DNA of 64,000 nt. Source: a virus. A model generated the notes under the pieces. It had not been told where the DNA came from and made no database searches. It saw nothing but the letters and a program-made list of their open reading frames with translations. The translations under genes and the position numbers were made by a program. This document shows positions 16,778 through 24,187 of this stretch, piece by piece (the first letter of the stretch is position 1; every line of letters begins with the position of its first letter). Location: IMG/VR virus record IMGVR_UViG_3300012685_000001, positions 32,001 to 96,000 of that record; one strand, written 5' to 3'.

Positions 16778-17310
16778 TAGTTTCCCCGAACTTGCTTGGC
16801 AAGCTTACTATAGCCACGACGCTCATGCAAGTACTTTGTAAGCTTGCCTGGAGTCACAAGATACGGCGGAAGGTCTGTAAGAGATACACCTTCAGCATCA
16901 TAATCTGTTGCAACTAATTGAGAACAGATAAGATGATCAGAATCCTCAACGCGCTTAGAAATACCTGGATGTTTGATATGAAGACGATACAAAGCAATTG
17001 CTAAGTAATCAAGAAAACTATAAGGAATTCCCTTTTGATATATGGCTCTGGAAACAATATTATTACGTTGTATTGCTGTAAGGTGAATTAAATCAGTAGA
17101 CCACATGATAGCTCTACCATCGTACTCAGACAAATCAGATAATAAGGCACCACCAGGCATGGCTTCTACAATCTTCCCATTACCTACATAAATGAAGGCA
17201 TGCTCATAATTATAAAATCCATCTCCATTAAGAAATTGACCTAGGCGAATAAGAAAGCCTACGCCACCTTCAATGGATACTAAACCGAAATCCCCGGCAA
17301 TTGGTGCCAT
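16777..17310 (-). CDS. Permuted papain-like (YiiX/NlpC-P60) enzyme
   Basis: EHAFIYVGNGKIVEA precedes PYSF and LICSQLVA; VTPG. Confidence 0.8.
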   Translation of the reverse strand: MAPIAGDFGLVSIEGGVGFLIRLGQFLNGDGFYNYEHAFIYVGNGKIVEAMPGGALLSDLSEYDGRAIMWSTDLIHLTAIQRNNIVSRAIYQKGIPYSFLDYLAIALYRLHIKHPGISKRVEDSDHLICSQLVATDYDAEGVSLTDLPPYLVTPGKLTKYLHERRGYSKLAKQVRGN

Positions 17311-17330
17311 ATTTCCTCCTATTAGTAAAG

Positions 17331-17403
17331 TGATCCATGTCAGACTCGAACTGACGCGCTTCGGATTAAAAGTCCGCTGCTCTACCAACTGAGCTAATGG
17401 ATC
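17331..17403 (-). tRNA. tRNA-Lys(TTT)
   Basis: CGGA-CTTTTAA-TCCG. Confidence 0.9.
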
Positions 17404-17536
17404 ATGTGTCCATAAGAGACCCCCTTCGGGAACCGCATACAGGACTGGTATGGCCAGATCAGGTGCGCACGCTGTCTGGTAGGCAATTTACGGTACAAAG
17501 CCGTAGGGATTGTTCCTAGCTACACTATCTTAAAGT

Positions 17537-17986
17537 TTACTTACCAGTTCCAGCCTTGGCAGTAATGGTAGGAACACCAGCTTCACCAGAAGGAACATAG
17601 ATAACAGTGTTATTCTTACCAGACTTAGCAATACTTTCCATTGCCTGAATCATCTCGAACTGAACATAAAGAGGAGTCAGAGTCTTGGCAATCTCATCCT
17701 GAGCCTTACGAACACCTACAGACTGCTCATAGCGAATCTGAGCCTGCTGCTTTGTAACTTGAATACGCTGCTTCTGATTACGAATCTCAATATCCGTTAC
17801 CTTAACAGTATTATTCGCGTGAATCAATGCGATATTAGCGTTATTCTTAGCATCCGCAGTATTTTGACTACGACTGAATGCCTTGAAGCCTGCTGTAGCA
17901 CCCATGATAATACCTAGCAGAAGAAACAATCCAAGCGCGCCTGCCAGAACAATCCTGACACCATTCTTAAAATCTTCCTTGTCCAC
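17537..17986 (-). CDS. Membrane-anchored coiled-coil protein (SPFH/band-7 C-terminus-like)
   Basis: N-terminal TM; 'A..I..TLTP.Y.Q...I.A......VIYVP..E.GVP'. Confidence 0.6.
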   Translation of the reverse strand: MDKEDFKNGVRIVLAGALGLFLLLGIIMGATAGFKAFSRSQNTADAKNNANIALIHANNTVKVTDIEIRNQKQRIQVTKQQAQIRYEQSVGVRKAQDEIAKTLTPLYVQFEMIQAMESIAKSGKNNTVIYVPSGEAGVPTITAKAGTGK

Positions 17987-18020
17987 TGTGCTCCCAATTA
18001 GTATTCCATTTAAACTAACG

Positions 18021-18103
18021 TGATTCGGGTGGGATTCGAACCCACGTAGGATTTCTCCGGCAGATTAAGAGTCTGCTCCAATTGGCCGCTCTGGCACCGA
18101 ATC
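18021..18103 (-). tRNA. tRNA-Lys(CTT) with a class-II body
   Basis: GCAGA-CTCTTAA-TCTGC; variable arm GGA-GAAA-TCC; Ser/Leu-type D arm. Confidence 0.8.
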
Positions 18104-18150
18104 ATGTCCCGGTTCTTTCTTATAGGGGAACCGCGCTACTAAGACCCAAG

Positions 18151-18222
18151 TGGAGCTACGGGGACTCGAACCCCGAATTGAAGTATGCAAAACTTCCGTG
18201 TTACCGTTCACACTATAGCCCC
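18151..18222 (-). tRNA. tRNA-Ala(TGC)
   Basis: GAAGT-TTTGCAT-ACTTC; G3:U70. Confidence 0.9.
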
Positions 18223-18277
18223 ATTGTGAGGACTTAACCGGTCCTCAGCGGGTATAACTACTTTAGCAGACTAGATC

Positions 18278-19858
18278 TTACTTTGCAACCCAAGGCCACG
18301 TCTGTGATATTCCAGCTTCTATCAAAGGAATCATCTGGAAACCCTTGTCAGTCAGTCCACCAAAGGTGTGACGCTTCTTGGAACCAGATTCACTCTGGCC
18401 AACAGCATACCCTCCGAGGTTCCAGGTGTAGACAGGAACATTAGCAGGTACAGAAGCAACAGGATCTCCACCGTAACCATTGTACTGCTCATCAGTGATG
18501 ATCACAATACGGTCATGGTTCTTGAAGTTGCCGTTGACTGCTCCACGGGTATCAGTTCCACCCATGCTCTTGAACTTACTCAGCATAGGAAGAACAGACT
18601 GACCCTTACGGAAAGAAACTGTTTCGAAAGAAGGTCCACGCCATGCGTCACCAAACTGTACCAGATCTGCATTTTCAGCACGAAGTGCTAGTGCTGAACC
18701 AAAGATAGCAGCCGTGTCAGCTCTGTCAAGTCCCTGAGTTCCTCCGTTAGAAGTAAACATGGAACCAGAACGGTCAACCAGAACCAGTGTACGTCCCTTC
18801 AGAGAAGGCACATTGCTCAGAGAAGCCTCAAGGGCAGTCTCAAGCGCCGCAGCGATCTGAAGAGTATCCTTGTTGGCCTGGTAAGCAGCAAGGAATCGGA
18901 AAGGGAACTGCTTACTCTTGGCAACCTGCGCAGGATCAGCAAGTTTTGCAAGAACATTCTGCATCACTGGGACACTAATTCGGGCATCCTGGAAGTTCCG
19001 CAAGTTTCGAAGAAGTGCCATATATCCCATGGAAGGAATAACAGCTTCCCAGGCAACAGCATCCATAGGACCCTGAAGCCATCCGGAAAGAGCTTCCCAA
19101 GTCATTCCAGCATTCTTCATACGAGTAGCGTCCAGAAGGCCAGTAACTATTGCGCCCTTACGGTTTTCTACTGGAATACGCATTATATACTTTCGCGTAT
19201 TAATCATCTCTAGTACGCCTGGAACAATCTCTACATTTCCATAACGACTAGCAAGAGCGTACTTGAACAACTGCTCCTGAATCTCGTTATCAGGCTTAGG
19301 GTGAGTCAACTGAAGAACATCCGCGAAACGGTATCCCACAGAAGTATCGTACTTAAGAAGACTGTACTCGTTATACAACTTCTTGGCACCATCCGCAACA
19401 CCCTTCTTAAGGAAGGATGGGAAGTTCTTCCCGTACTTGGACTCGTAATAAGCCAGCACCTCACCAGGCTCATCAGCACGAGCCATAGAAGCGGCTACAA
19501 GGCCCCTAGGAGTCCCATTCAGCTGTCCTGAGTCCCAAAGGGCCTTGGCACCTTCTACACCCGCTACAATCGCCGCTGAACGCATGAAGGCAGAGTTACG
19601 AAGCCAATAGACGAAACCGGCAAACCAGAATGAATTAGTTACCGCTACTTCGGCACACAACTTGGAGAAACGGTCATCACGGCTCTTGGCGTTCTCATAG
19701 AACGTATCCTGACCGACAAAGTTGGAAACTGCTAGCAAGAACAACTCAGATTGCTTAGTGCGCACAAAACCTGCCTTGAAGTCAGCATTCAGTGCTGCCT
19801 GAGTAGTCTTGACAGGAGAAGTAGTTCCTGTCTTCTTTACCTGATTGAACTTGCCCAT
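18278..19858 (-). CDS. rsr: Ro60/Rsr TROVE-domain RNA-binding protein
   Basis: TROVE motifs (TFYE, RADE, KYD, HPKP, TWE, MGYMALLRNLRN, FPFRFL) plus a C-terminal vWA MIDAS DRSGSM...GGT...TDEQ. Confidence 0.93.
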   Translation of the reverse strand: MGKFNQVKKTGTTSPVKTTQAALNADFKAGFVRTKQSELFLLAVSNFVGQDTFYENAKSRDDRFSKLCAEVAVTNSFWFAGFVYWLRNSAFMRSAAIVAGVEGAKALWDSGQLNGTPRGLVAASMARADEPGEVLAYYESKYGKNFPSFLKKGVADGAKKLYNEYSLLKYDTSVGYRFADVLQLTHPKPDNEIQEQLFKYALASRYGNVEIVPGVLEMINTRKYIMRIPVENRKGAIVTGLLDATRMKNAGMTWEALSGWLQGPMDAVAWEAVIPSMGYMALLRNLRNFQDARISVPVMQNVLAKLADPAQVAKSKQFPFRFLAAYQANKDTLQIAAALETALEASLSNVPSLKGRTLVLVDRSGSMFTSNGGTQGLDRADTAAIFGSALALRAENADLVQFGDAWRGPSFETVSFRKGQSVLPMLSKFKSMGGTDTRGAVNGNFKNHDRIVIITDEQYNGYGGDPVASVPANVPVYTWNLGGYAVGQSESGSKKRHTFGGLTDKGFQMIPLIEAGISQTWPWVAK

Positions 19859-19860
19859 TC

Positions 19861-20064
19861 CTATTCTCCTATTTTCTCGAAGCGCTGCATACGCTTGCCA
19901 TCACGTTCTACATACTCAACAAACTCATCCAAGGGACGCACTGAAATAATACCTTCTCCGTATTGCGCTGCATAAACTACCACATCTCTCCAGGAGCCAC
20001 TTTCCTTTGCAAGGAACAGGACTCTATAAAGATTTCCCTTAAAATGTCTGTACAGCCCATGCAT
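19861..20064 (-). CDS. DUF1653 SH3-like protein
   Basis: YRHFKGNLYRVL...VVY...YG...VRPLDEF...RF. Confidence 0.85.
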   Translation of the reverse strand: MHGLYRHFKGNLYRVLFLAKESGSWRDVVVYAAQYGEGIISVRPLDEFVEYVERDGKRMQRFEKIGE

Positions 20065-20150
20065 TGTACCTCCTATTTGTAGTACGTTATAAAGACAAAA
20101 ATAATCCCCTAAAGTGCACTTTCGTGGACCTAGGGGAGGATTAAAAATAA

Positions 20151-20257
20151 GTTCCTAGAAAAAACGGTGTGAGGTATATAGGCGCCGTGCCTTAAGGGGA
20201 CTCGAACCCCATGGGTTTCATATCAATTGAAGTAACCCCGTACCTTCGCATCGGAAC
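20151..20257 (-). ncRNA. Y RNA 1 (Ro stem plus T-arm/D-like elbow)
   Basis: GTTCC-GATGCGAA-GGTACGGGGT-TACTTC...GGGG-TTCGAGT-CCCC...ACCTCACACC-GTTTTTTCTA-GGAAC. Confidence 0.8.
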
Positions 20258-20266
20258 TAAAAAATA

Positions 20267-20341
20267 TACCCTAGAAAAAACGCCTACAGTGCTTTTTGAT
20301 TACCAATTAATTTGAAGTAACTGTTGGCTACGCATCGGGTA
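20267..20341 (-). ncRNA. Y RNA 2 (minimal, Ro stem only)
   Basis: TACCC-GATGCGTA-GCCAACAGT-TACTTC...ACTGTAGGC-GTTTTTTCTA-GGGTA. Confidence 0.78.
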
Positions 20342-20359
20342 AAGCTTATTAAATTTTAA

Positions 20360-20500
20360 GACAACTAGAAAGAATCGATAAAAGTGCTTTATATACCGCT
20401 GCTCTGCCTCTGAGCTATCAACCATAGAATTGGCTGAGAAGGATTCGAACCTTCGTCACGCGGTTCCCTGTGAAGTAACTCTTATCTTCGCATCGCTGTC
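20360..20500 (-). ncRNA. yrlA: Y RNA 3, YrlA-type with a complete permuted tRNA domain
   Basis: Ro stem, then T arm GAAGG-TTCGAAT-CCTTC, loop-closed acceptor TCAGCCA/TGGTTGA and D arm GCTC-AGAGGCA-GAGC. Confidence 0.88.
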
Positions 20501-20568
20501 AAACTTAATAGATCTAGGCTCGGTTTCGACGTATCGCAAGATACCCTTGACAGCGTTCAAGATCTAAG

Positions 20569-20640
20569 CTCCCCGAGCTGGATTCGAACCAACAACCGGT
20601 CGATTAACAGTCGACTGCTCTGCCGTTGAGCTATCGGGGA
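20569..20640 (-). tRNA. tRNA-Asn(GTT)
   Basis: GTCGA-CTGTTAA-TCGAC. Confidence 0.92.
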
Positions 20641-20676
20641 ATAAACTCTATCCACAAGGAATAGAGTGGGTTAAAG

Positions 20677-20747
20677 CATGAGCTAGAGGATTTGAACCCC
20701 TGATGGCGGTTTTGGAGACCGACGTGTTACCACTACACTAAGCTCAT
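20677..20747 (-). tRNA. tRNA-Trp(CCA)
   Basis: CGGT-CTCCAAA-ACCG. Confidence 0.88.
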
Positions 20748-20763
20748 ATAGCCCGAAGGCTTT

Positions 20764-20970
20764 TTACTTAATGGAATTAACTACACCCGTTAATCCATCA
20801 TTTACAGCACTAGGCAACTTAGGGAAATTCGATACTAGCAGAATTCCCAACATAGCACCAGCTACAATCTGTGCCAGCTTCCAACCCTGCTTAAGAATCA
20901 TAACCCAAATGAAAAGGCCCATAAGTCCAACAGTTCCCAGAAAAGCTAGCAATGCATGTACGATATCCAT
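20764..20970 (-). CDS. Small two-TM membrane protein
   Basis: Hydrophobic segments; downstream of the 21013-21042 promoter. Confidence 0.65.
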   Translation of the reverse strand: MDIVHALLAFLGTVGLMGLFIWVMILKQGWKLAQIVAGAMLGILLVSNFPKLPSAVNDGLTGVVNSIK

Positions 20971-21012
20971 TTTTAACCCCTAGAAAGTTCTTGTCGTTCT
21001 CTCTTGTAGAGA

Positions 21013-21042
21013 AGCTTACTAAGAGTCTGTGGTACTTGTCAA
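21013..21042 (-). promoter_or_regulatory. Internal promoter reading toward Trp/Asn tRNAs, the Y RNAs and Ro60
   Basis: TTGACA-18-TAAGCT. Confidence 0.65.
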
Positions 21043-21045
21043 GCG

Positions 21046-21119
21046 TACCCACGGGGAGACTCGAACTCCCAAGCTCCTGAGCCTAAATCAGACGGCTGTG
21101 CCAATTCGCCTACGCGGGC
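21046..21119 (-). tRNA. tRNA-Leu(TAG), short variable arm
   Basis: TCTGA-TTTAGGC-TCAGG. Confidence 0.85.
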
Positions 21120-21197
21120 ATAACGACAGTTTTTCTGAAGCCCAACTTAATGGATGCTGTGCTCTTACTCTTCAGAGGGCAAACTGTCAACCTCACG

Positions 21198-21270
21198 TAG
21201 TCCTAGTCGGATTCGAACCGACGCTGTCTCGATTTTAAGTCGAGTGTCTCTTCCGCTGGACTATAGGACC
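21198..21270 (-). tRNA. tRNA-Leu(TAA), short variable arm
   Basis: CTCGA-CTTAAAA-TCGAG. Confidence 0.88.
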
Positions 21271-21276
21271 AAGATG

Positions 21277-21350
21277 TACTCCTGGTCGGACTTGAACCGA
21301 CACTAACATAGTTTTTGAAACTATGGCCTCTGCCTTTGGGCTACAGGAGC
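21277..21350 (-). tRNA. tRNA-Leu(CAA), short variable arm
   Basis: ATAGT-TTCAAAA-ACTAT. Confidence 0.85.
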
Positions 21351-21494
21351 ATAAGTGACTGTCTGGATTCTCAATCCAGCGCCACTACACAGGTCTTTAG
21401 CGTTTAGTCGGATCATATCTTGGCTTTTATTGTACCCCGGAAGTACCTTCCAAGTCAAGACGACCGTGCCAGGAGTTACTGTGCAGAACCTAAG

Positions 21495-21566
21495 AGCCCC
21501 TTCCCGGATTCGAACCGAGCACTTGGCTTTACAAGAGCCGCGCTTTTCCTACTAAGCTAAAGGGGC
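21495..21566 (-). tRNA. tRNA-Thr(TGT)
   Basis: GGCT-CTTGTAA-AGCC. Confidence 0.88.
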
Positions 21567-21603
21567 AAGAGCCATTGTACTAGCCCAATGGCAGGCTGTC
21601 AAA

Positions 21604-21918
21604 TTATGCTGTTCCAGTAGCCTTTACCACAAAGTCAACAGTATCGTTGATTGTGGCCTGGTTTGGAAGAGCGAAAATAGAAGCGTTGTTCACATAAATT
21701 GTCCATAGGACAGAAGTATTGGTAACAGGATTACCCGCACTATCAGTTCCAGGTGGAACATCAGCGGCTACGATCTTCTTAACTGTAGAAGGAAAAGAAG
21801 CACCACCAGTTGTAGGAACTGGGAACACATAAGCATGTCCATCAGCACATACAATAGCACGAACCTGATCATTCACAGCAAGAGCATCAGCCTTGACAAT
21901 CGTATAAGTAAAAGCCAT
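21604..21918 (-). CDS. Hypothetical beta-rich protein
   Basis: ORF track; GAAAGG SD. Confidence 0.6.
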   Translation of the reverse strand: MAFTYTIVKADALAVNDQVRAIVCADGHAYVFPVPTTGGASFPSTVKKIVAADVPPGTDSAGNPVTNTSVLWTIYVNNASIFALPNQATINDTVDFVVKATGTA

Positions 21919-21994
21919 TTGTTAAACCTTTCTAGAAAGAATCACTAAGTGATCGCTATAGCTCTTTTAGTATATAGCATTTCTTTCTGAAACG

Positions 21995-22066
21995 TACTCC
22001 CAGAGGGAATTGAACCCTCTCCTAGGGCTTGAAAGACCCTGATACTAACCAATATACGATGGGAGC
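21995..22066 (-). tRNA. tRNA-Glu(TTC)
   Basis: AGGGT-CTTTCAA-GCCCT. Confidence 0.88.
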
Positions 22067-22263
22067 ATAACTATTGGTACTGGTAGGGCTTGCCAGTTTC
22101 GAACCTGAGCCTTTATTTCAGAATATCCAATAGTATCCGAGTCTAGTCCCACACATACTTCCTCGGTTTGCAGCATCTGACAGGCAGCCTATCTCTATTT
22201 TGGCTAGCAGTCTGTAGGAACCGATAGTCCCCCAGCGTCTTTGAGACCTGTCAGGTGTGATGC

Positions 22264-22337
22264 TGGTATCCCTACAGGGACTTGAACCCTGTCTAGAAGC
22301 TTGAGAAGCTTCCGTACTACCTATATACGATAGGGAC
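22264..22337 (-). tRNA. tRNA-Glu(CTC)
   Basis: GAAGC-TTCTCAA-GCTTC; CCA encoded. Confidence 0.88.
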
Positions 22338-22519
22338 ATTAAATGGCTGGTGGTCTCATCCCTTGTGACTACTTAGTTCCGCCACAAACTAAGGTTACTC
22401 CCACCTGGCGGCACCTGCCCTGTCTCTCGCCGCTTCTCAACACGGACAACCATCGGATGGATGATAATTGCCAGCACTCCTCGTCTTCCTTGTGGGAAGA
22501 ACTGTCCATCACGTGCACG

Positions 22520-22591
22520 CGCCCCATACGGGAATTGAACCCGCCGATTCAAGCGTGACAAGCTTGTGACCACCCAGCAGTCTCATGGGGC
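22520..22591 (-). tRNA. tRNA-Asp(GTC)
   Basis: CAAGC-TTGTCAC-GCTTG. Confidence 0.85.
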
Positions 22592-22624
22592 AACAAAGTG
22601 CCCTTTAAGGTAGGACACAAACCT

Positions 22625-22927
22625 TTACTTCTTTAAATCTGTCTCAGGCCACGATAATATCGCCCTTTGCTCAACAACCGTACCATGGTTAACTACAGCT
22701 CGGGAAATATCTGAATAATCTTCGCCATACCGCAGAATTATCAAGTAGTTGTTGGGATAAAGCTTAGCAACCTCTTCCAGATCTGTCAACCAGGCATACC
22801 ATTTGGAAGCTGACAGAGTTATATTTTCCTGCCACTCATCCCACTTGTAGCCAGAAGCACCATTGAGAACATCAGCTACAAAAGGTATATCTGTTCCATC
22901 TACTTCAAAATTTGAGTAATAACCCAT
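22625..22927 (-). CDS. Hypothetical protein
   Basis: AGGAG SD; 'MGYYSNF...KWY...YP....I...GED'. Confidence 0.65.
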   Translation of the reverse strand: MGYYSNFEVDGTDIPFVADVLNGASGYKWDEWQENITLSASKWYAWLTDLEEVAKLYPNNYLIILRYGEDYSDISRAVVNHGTVVEQRAILSWPETDLKK

Positions 22928-22944
22928 ATTTATCTCCTAACGCG

Positions 22945-23016
22945 CTGGAGTACTAGGATTCGAACCTAGACTGTCCTGATCCAAAGTCAGGTGGGCTGCC
23001 GTTACCCCATACTCCA
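22945..23016 (-). tRNA. tRNA-Gln(TTG)
   Basis: CCTGA-CTTTGGA-TCAGG. Confidence 0.9.
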
Positions 23017-23313
23017 AAGTGGTCCCTCGTGAGTGCCTTACCAAGATAATAGTCTTGACGCACTGCTTTTCAGTATCTTCCCGGCACTTTCCCACACCTT
23101 TACCATGGTTATTACATGTGTTCCAGATTCGTTCTTTTCCCAATTCTGTACGAGCGTTTAACAACTCTACCTGCCAAAAGATAGAGTAAATGGTTGGACG
23201 TAGCTTGGCTTATCCCCAAGTTTCGACCTTGTCTTCATTTGCAACTTATCTAGAAAACGGCAAACTATCATCCGGCTTATCCTTGCTCTTGTGCACTGAG
23301 CTTTGGCGTCCAG

Positions 23314-23384
23314 CTCCCCGACCTAGATTCGAACTAAGTCTAACGGTGTCAGAGACCGTTGTGCTGCCGTTACACCATCGGGGA
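23314..23384 (-). tRNA. tRNA-Gln(CTG)
   Basis: ACGGT-CTCTGAC-ACCGT. Confidence 0.9.
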
Positions 23385-23489
23385 ATAAACTAGGTGCGGA
23401 TTATAAATACCTTTATCGCTCCAGAAGAGCAGTTGGTCCCTAGCAACCAAAAATAGTGCCCTGCTATTACTAGCTGTTTATGGGCTAAG

Positions 23490-23562
23490 AGCGGTATGCC
23501 AGATTCGAACTGGCTCTTATAGTTTGGAAGACTATCGTGCTGCCGTTGAACACTAATACCGC
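23490..23562 (-). tRNA. tRNA-Gly(TCC)
   Basis: ATAGT-CTTCCAA-ACTAT; U73. Confidence 0.9.
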
Positions 23563-23665
23563 ATTGTATGGATTTTTATTGACCGTGCTTCCCCGCAGGG
23601 GCTAGACTTCCATGTCGTATGACCTACCATACTTCAGACACACTAGGTCGTCAAACTGATCGAAT

Positions 23666-23742
23666 TGGGAGCGCAGGTGGGAGTCAAACCCTACTACTTT
23701 CCAGGTTATGAGCCTGGTGAGACATCGTTTCTCTATCCGCGC
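23666..23742 (-). tRNA. tRNA-Met(CAT), divergent and initiator-like
   Basis: CCAGG-CTCATAA-CCTGG; irregular T arm. Confidence 0.65.
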
Positions 23743-23744
23743 AG

Positions 23745-23816
23745 TGGTTATGAAGGGACTCGAACCCTCGCGTACCGGGATATGAATCCGGCGCTCTGCC
23801 TCTGAGCTACATAACC
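23745..23816 (-). tRNA. tRNA-Met(CAT), elongator-like
   Basis: CCGG(A)-TTCATAT-(C)CCGG. Confidence 0.8.
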
Positions 23817-23870
23817 ATAATCATGGTTTTTTATTGTGTTCCGCTACGGGATAACCATAAACCCGTAAAG

Positions 23871-23941
23871 TGGCCCCCACCGGACTTGAACCGATATTCA
23901 GCGGGCTTCAACCGCTTGTATTTCCTTTATACGAAAGAGCC
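23871..23941 (-). tRNA. tRNA-Phe(GAA)
   Basis: AGCGG-TTGAAGC-CCGCT. Confidence 0.85.
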
Positions 23942-24020
23942 ATAATGAGTTATTACCTGGTATTGAACATCATATCTATTATTTATTATGAGGATGTATA
24001 TACGTGCTGATAACTCAAAG

Positions 24021-24092
24021 TCGGATGCCTCAGAGTCGAACTGAGTTTATCTTGGTCCCAAACCAAGCGGATTACCGTCTTCCTCGCACCCG
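24021..24092 (-). tRNA. tRNA-Pro(TGG)
   Basis: CTTGG-TTTGGGA-CCAAG; C1:G72. Confidence 0.88.
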
Positions 24093-24158
24093 AGAACTCC
24101 TAAAGATTGGATCCATTAACGAAAGAGATCTCTAGGAGCTTTTTAAGGAGGCTATGCC

Positions 24159-24187
24159 ATTATAACATGTGGTCCAACAGCTCACAA
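24159..24187 (-). promoter_or_regulatory. Promoter at the head of the tRNA island
   Basis: TTGTGA-17-TATAAT, about 65 bp upstream of tRNA-Pro. Confidence 0.6.

Noticed and set aside
20151-20500. CRISPR array or simple tandem repeat
   Set aside because: Units are unequal, with split conserved motifs and covarying stems; a Y RNA architecture explains them. No cas operon is present; the Cas4-like gene is a solo phage nuclease.
20645-20672. Pseudoknot upstream of tRNA-Asn
   Set aside because: Better explained as a simple 9-bp hairpin.
22070-22134. Hammerhead ribozyme (three-way junction with CGAAAC-stem-GUA-stem)
   Set aside because: The 3' half fits, but the required CUGANGA is absent next to stem I (ATATTCTGAAAT instead). 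Kept only as an unknown structured RNA.
23027-23155. RNase P RNA fragment (GGAAAGTGCC...TGAAA resembles S-domain loops)
   Set aside because: No P4/catalytic-domain motifs, and GTGCC is better explained as a helix with GGCAC.
22118-23393. Track ORFs overlapping tRNAs (22118-22339, 22343-22558, 22373-22573, 22937-23164, 23190-23393)
   Set aside because: They run through tRNA genes or structured RNA and lack ribosome-binding sites.
23823-23866. preQ1-I riboswitch
   Set aside because: Pseudoknot with an A-rich tail, but the ligand-contact loop consensus is not matched and the downstream gene is a tRNA.
12991-24092. Stop-codon reassignment / suppressor tRNAs
   Set aside because: No CUA, UUA or UCA anticodons were found, and genes end normally at TAG, TAA and TGA.
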